Shown in pieces: positions 45,111-46,797 of a stretch of 46,797 nt of DNA (position 1 is its first letter; each line of letters starts with the position of its first letter). The stretch is from assembly GCF_002087085.1 (NCBI RefSeq), contig NZ_MWQY01000015.1:62001-108797 (forward strand), in the 5' to 3' direction. The notes under the pieces were generated by a model, which saw only the letters and a program-made list of their open reading frames with translations, searched no databases and was not told the DNA's origin. A program made the translations under genes and the position numbers.

Positions 45111-46301
45111 ATGGGAAACTTTCTTGCCCTGGCGGGACAGATCTTTTTCTCTCCCCTGAAAATCGGAGACATCGAGTTTCCCTTTTCCCTGATGAAGGTT
45201 ACCATCGAGCTCCTGCTTCCCATTCTGCTGATTGTTATTGTCTACAGACTGATTCTTCTCTCCGCCGTCCGCCTTCTGCGCCGGACCTCCCTGGAGGAGG
45301 CGGGCAGGAATAAGATCCGGCGTTTTCTGCGTCTGGGCTTCGGTGCCCTCGCTCTGCTGGGAATCACGGCCCTGGTGCTTCGTCTTCTGGGAGCGGAAAT
45401 CGCGAAGTACGGGGAGGCTCTCTACAGGATTGTCAGCGCCCCCTTCTTCGAATCCGGGGGAACCAAAATATCCCTCCTGACCCTGCTCCTGCTGATTCCG
45501 GTATTCTATCTTTCCGGGAAGATGGGGCAGCTTACCCGGAGTTTTACCGACAGGCACCTTTTTTCCCGGGTAGGTCTGGATGAATCGAAGAAATTCTCCT
45601 TCTCCAACCTGCTGCGCTATACCGTCATGGTGCTTACCGTGGTGGTGGGGCTGACGATTATCGGTATTGACCTGTCCGCCCTGGCGGTAATGTTCGGTGT
45701 CCTCGGTATCGGTCTCGGTTTCGGACTCCAGTCCGTGGTTGCCAACATGTTCGCCGGCCTCGTTATCATTTTTTCCCGGCCCATCAAGGAGGGCGACCGG
45801 GTCCTGGTGGGGGAGTACGAAGGTACGGTTACCAATATCAGGCTGATATCGACGACCATAAATACCATCTCCTACGAAACAATAATCGTGCCCAACCGGC
45901 TTATCATCGACGATACGGTCTATAACTACTCCTATGACGATAGAAGAATTATCCTGCGAAATCCCGTGCAGGTCAGCTACGATACCGATCTGGACCAGGC
46001 CATCGAGGTCATGCGGGAGGTGGGCAGAAGAAACCCCTTCGCTCTGACGGTTCCGGAGGCGGACGTTCGGGTCAGTTCTTTTGATGATTCCGGGATTACC
46101 CTTATCCTTCTGACCTGGCTCGGCGATGTGAGCGACAAGTATTCTGCCTCCTCCTGGAATAATCTGGAGATATGGCGGAGTTTCCGGGACGAGGGAATCG
46201 AGATACCTTTTCCACAGCGGGATCTGCATCTGAGAAGCGGGATGGAACCCATGGTCAGAGAGCTGCGGGAGTTGAGAAAATCACTATCCGAAAAGTCTTA
46301 A
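45111..46301 (+). CDS. MscS-family mechanosensitive channel with extra N-terminal TMs
   Basis: GIGLGFGLQSVVANMFAG, RPIKEGDRV, IVPN and GIEIPFPQRDLHL. Confidence 0.93.
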   Translation: MGNFLALAGQIFFSPLKIGDIEFPFSLMKVTIELLLPILLIVIVYRLILLSAVRLLRRTSLEEAGRNKIRRFLRLGFGALALLGITALVLRLLGAEIAKYGEALYRIVSAPFFESGGTKISLLTLLLLIPVFYLSGKMGQLTRSFTDRHLFSRVGLDESKKFSFSNLLRYTVMVLTVVVGLTIIGIDLSALAVMFGVLGIGLGFGLQSVVANMFAGLVIIFSRPIKEGDRVLVGEYEGTVTNIRLISTTINTISYETIIVPNRLIIDDTVYNYSYDDRRIILRNPVQVSYDTDLDQAIEVMREVGRRNPFALTVPEADVRVSSFDDSGITLILLTWLGDVSDKYSASSWNNLEIWRSFRDEGIEIPFPQRDLHLRSGMEPMVRELRELRKSLSEKS

Positions 46302-46714
46302 ACCTTGACCGGATTTGCCTCTACAATGTCCTTGATACTTATATTACTGAAATACTCTTTTAAATGATCCGAAGCCTTCACCCAGACTGAATGCGTAATG
46401 CATCCGGGATGGTTGCAGGGATTCGTTCCTTCCACGGCACAGGGAGCGAGGTTCATGCCTTCTCCCACGGCATCGAAGATTTCAGTAATGGAGATCTCCT
46501 CCGGAGGCCTGTTCAGGCTGAAACCGCCTCCCGGACCGCGGGTCGAGTTGATAAGTCCGGCCTTGCGAAGCTTGTAGAAGATCTGCTCCAGAAACTCCGG
46601 GGACAGGTCCTCCATTTCCGCCAGTTCGCGAATCGATATCGGTTTATCTGTGTAGTTGGCCGCCAGCTGTGATACAGCCCGCAGGGCGTATCGTCCCTTG
46701 GTTGTAATCCTCAT
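46298..46714 (-). CDS. Rrf2-family regulator, IscR-like (3 Cys + His)
   Basis: MRITTKGRYALRA, FLEQIFYKLRKAGL, STRGPGGGF and C-x6-C-x4-C-x2-H. Confidence 0.92.
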   Translation of the reverse strand: MRITTKGRYALRAVSQLAANYTDKPISIRELAEMEDLSPEFLEQIFYKLRKAGLINSTRGPGGGFSLNRPPEEISITEIFDAVGEGMNLAPCAVEGTNPCNHPGCITHSVWVKASDHLKEYFSNISIKDIVEANPVKV

Positions 46715-46797
46715 CTCATCTTTACCTCGTTACTAATATATCCCTAAAGTGAGCGATTCCGAATAGAAATGAACTCCGCCAGCGGTTTTACCCTAGC

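Overview
A gene-dense bacterial chromosomal window, probably from a free-living anaerobic spirochaete. That placement is inferred from 'AEGGQE/AGGSEE/AEGAQD'-type N-termini on secreted proteins, PFOR and the overall gene complement; it is not proven. From left to right it contains: a truncated multi-TM regulator-like gene; a YwaF/TMEM164-family membrane protein with an extra soluble domain; an orphan ProX-like betaine-binding protein; ywbE; an AGCS Ala/Gly symporter; an aldo/keto reductase and a dienelactone hydrolase sharing twin palindromes; nifJ; arsR-arsM; a broken CHASE-PAS-HisKA_2 kinase (frameshift plus in-frame TGA); an SDR; a TolC-MFP-RND-PII-like run followed by an OmpR/HK pair and a one-POTRA Omp85 gene; a yeiH/LysR pair; a YehZYXW-type ABC importer; a PPC-repeat protein; a Gfo/Idh/MocA oxidoreductase whose 3' end is duplicated in a 180-bp tandem repeat; a RibL-like cytidylyltransferase; LysR; vapBC; a GT4 / glucosylglycerate phosphorylase / MggS-like GT4 trio; an OmpA-domain protein with an Hsp70-SBD-like N-terminus; a PAS-HD-GYP protein; a fused pyrF-pyrE; mscS; and an IscR-like regulator. 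I saw no rRNA, tRNA, CRISPR array, transposase, integrase or reverse transcriptase. The best leads for new biology are the glycosyl-glycerate osmolyte trio with an uncharacterised GT, the Hsp70-SBD-TM-OmpA protein, the 180-bp gene-end duplication with synonymous-only divergence and an inverted repeat at its junction, and the Omp85 gene coupled to an RND/two-component locus.
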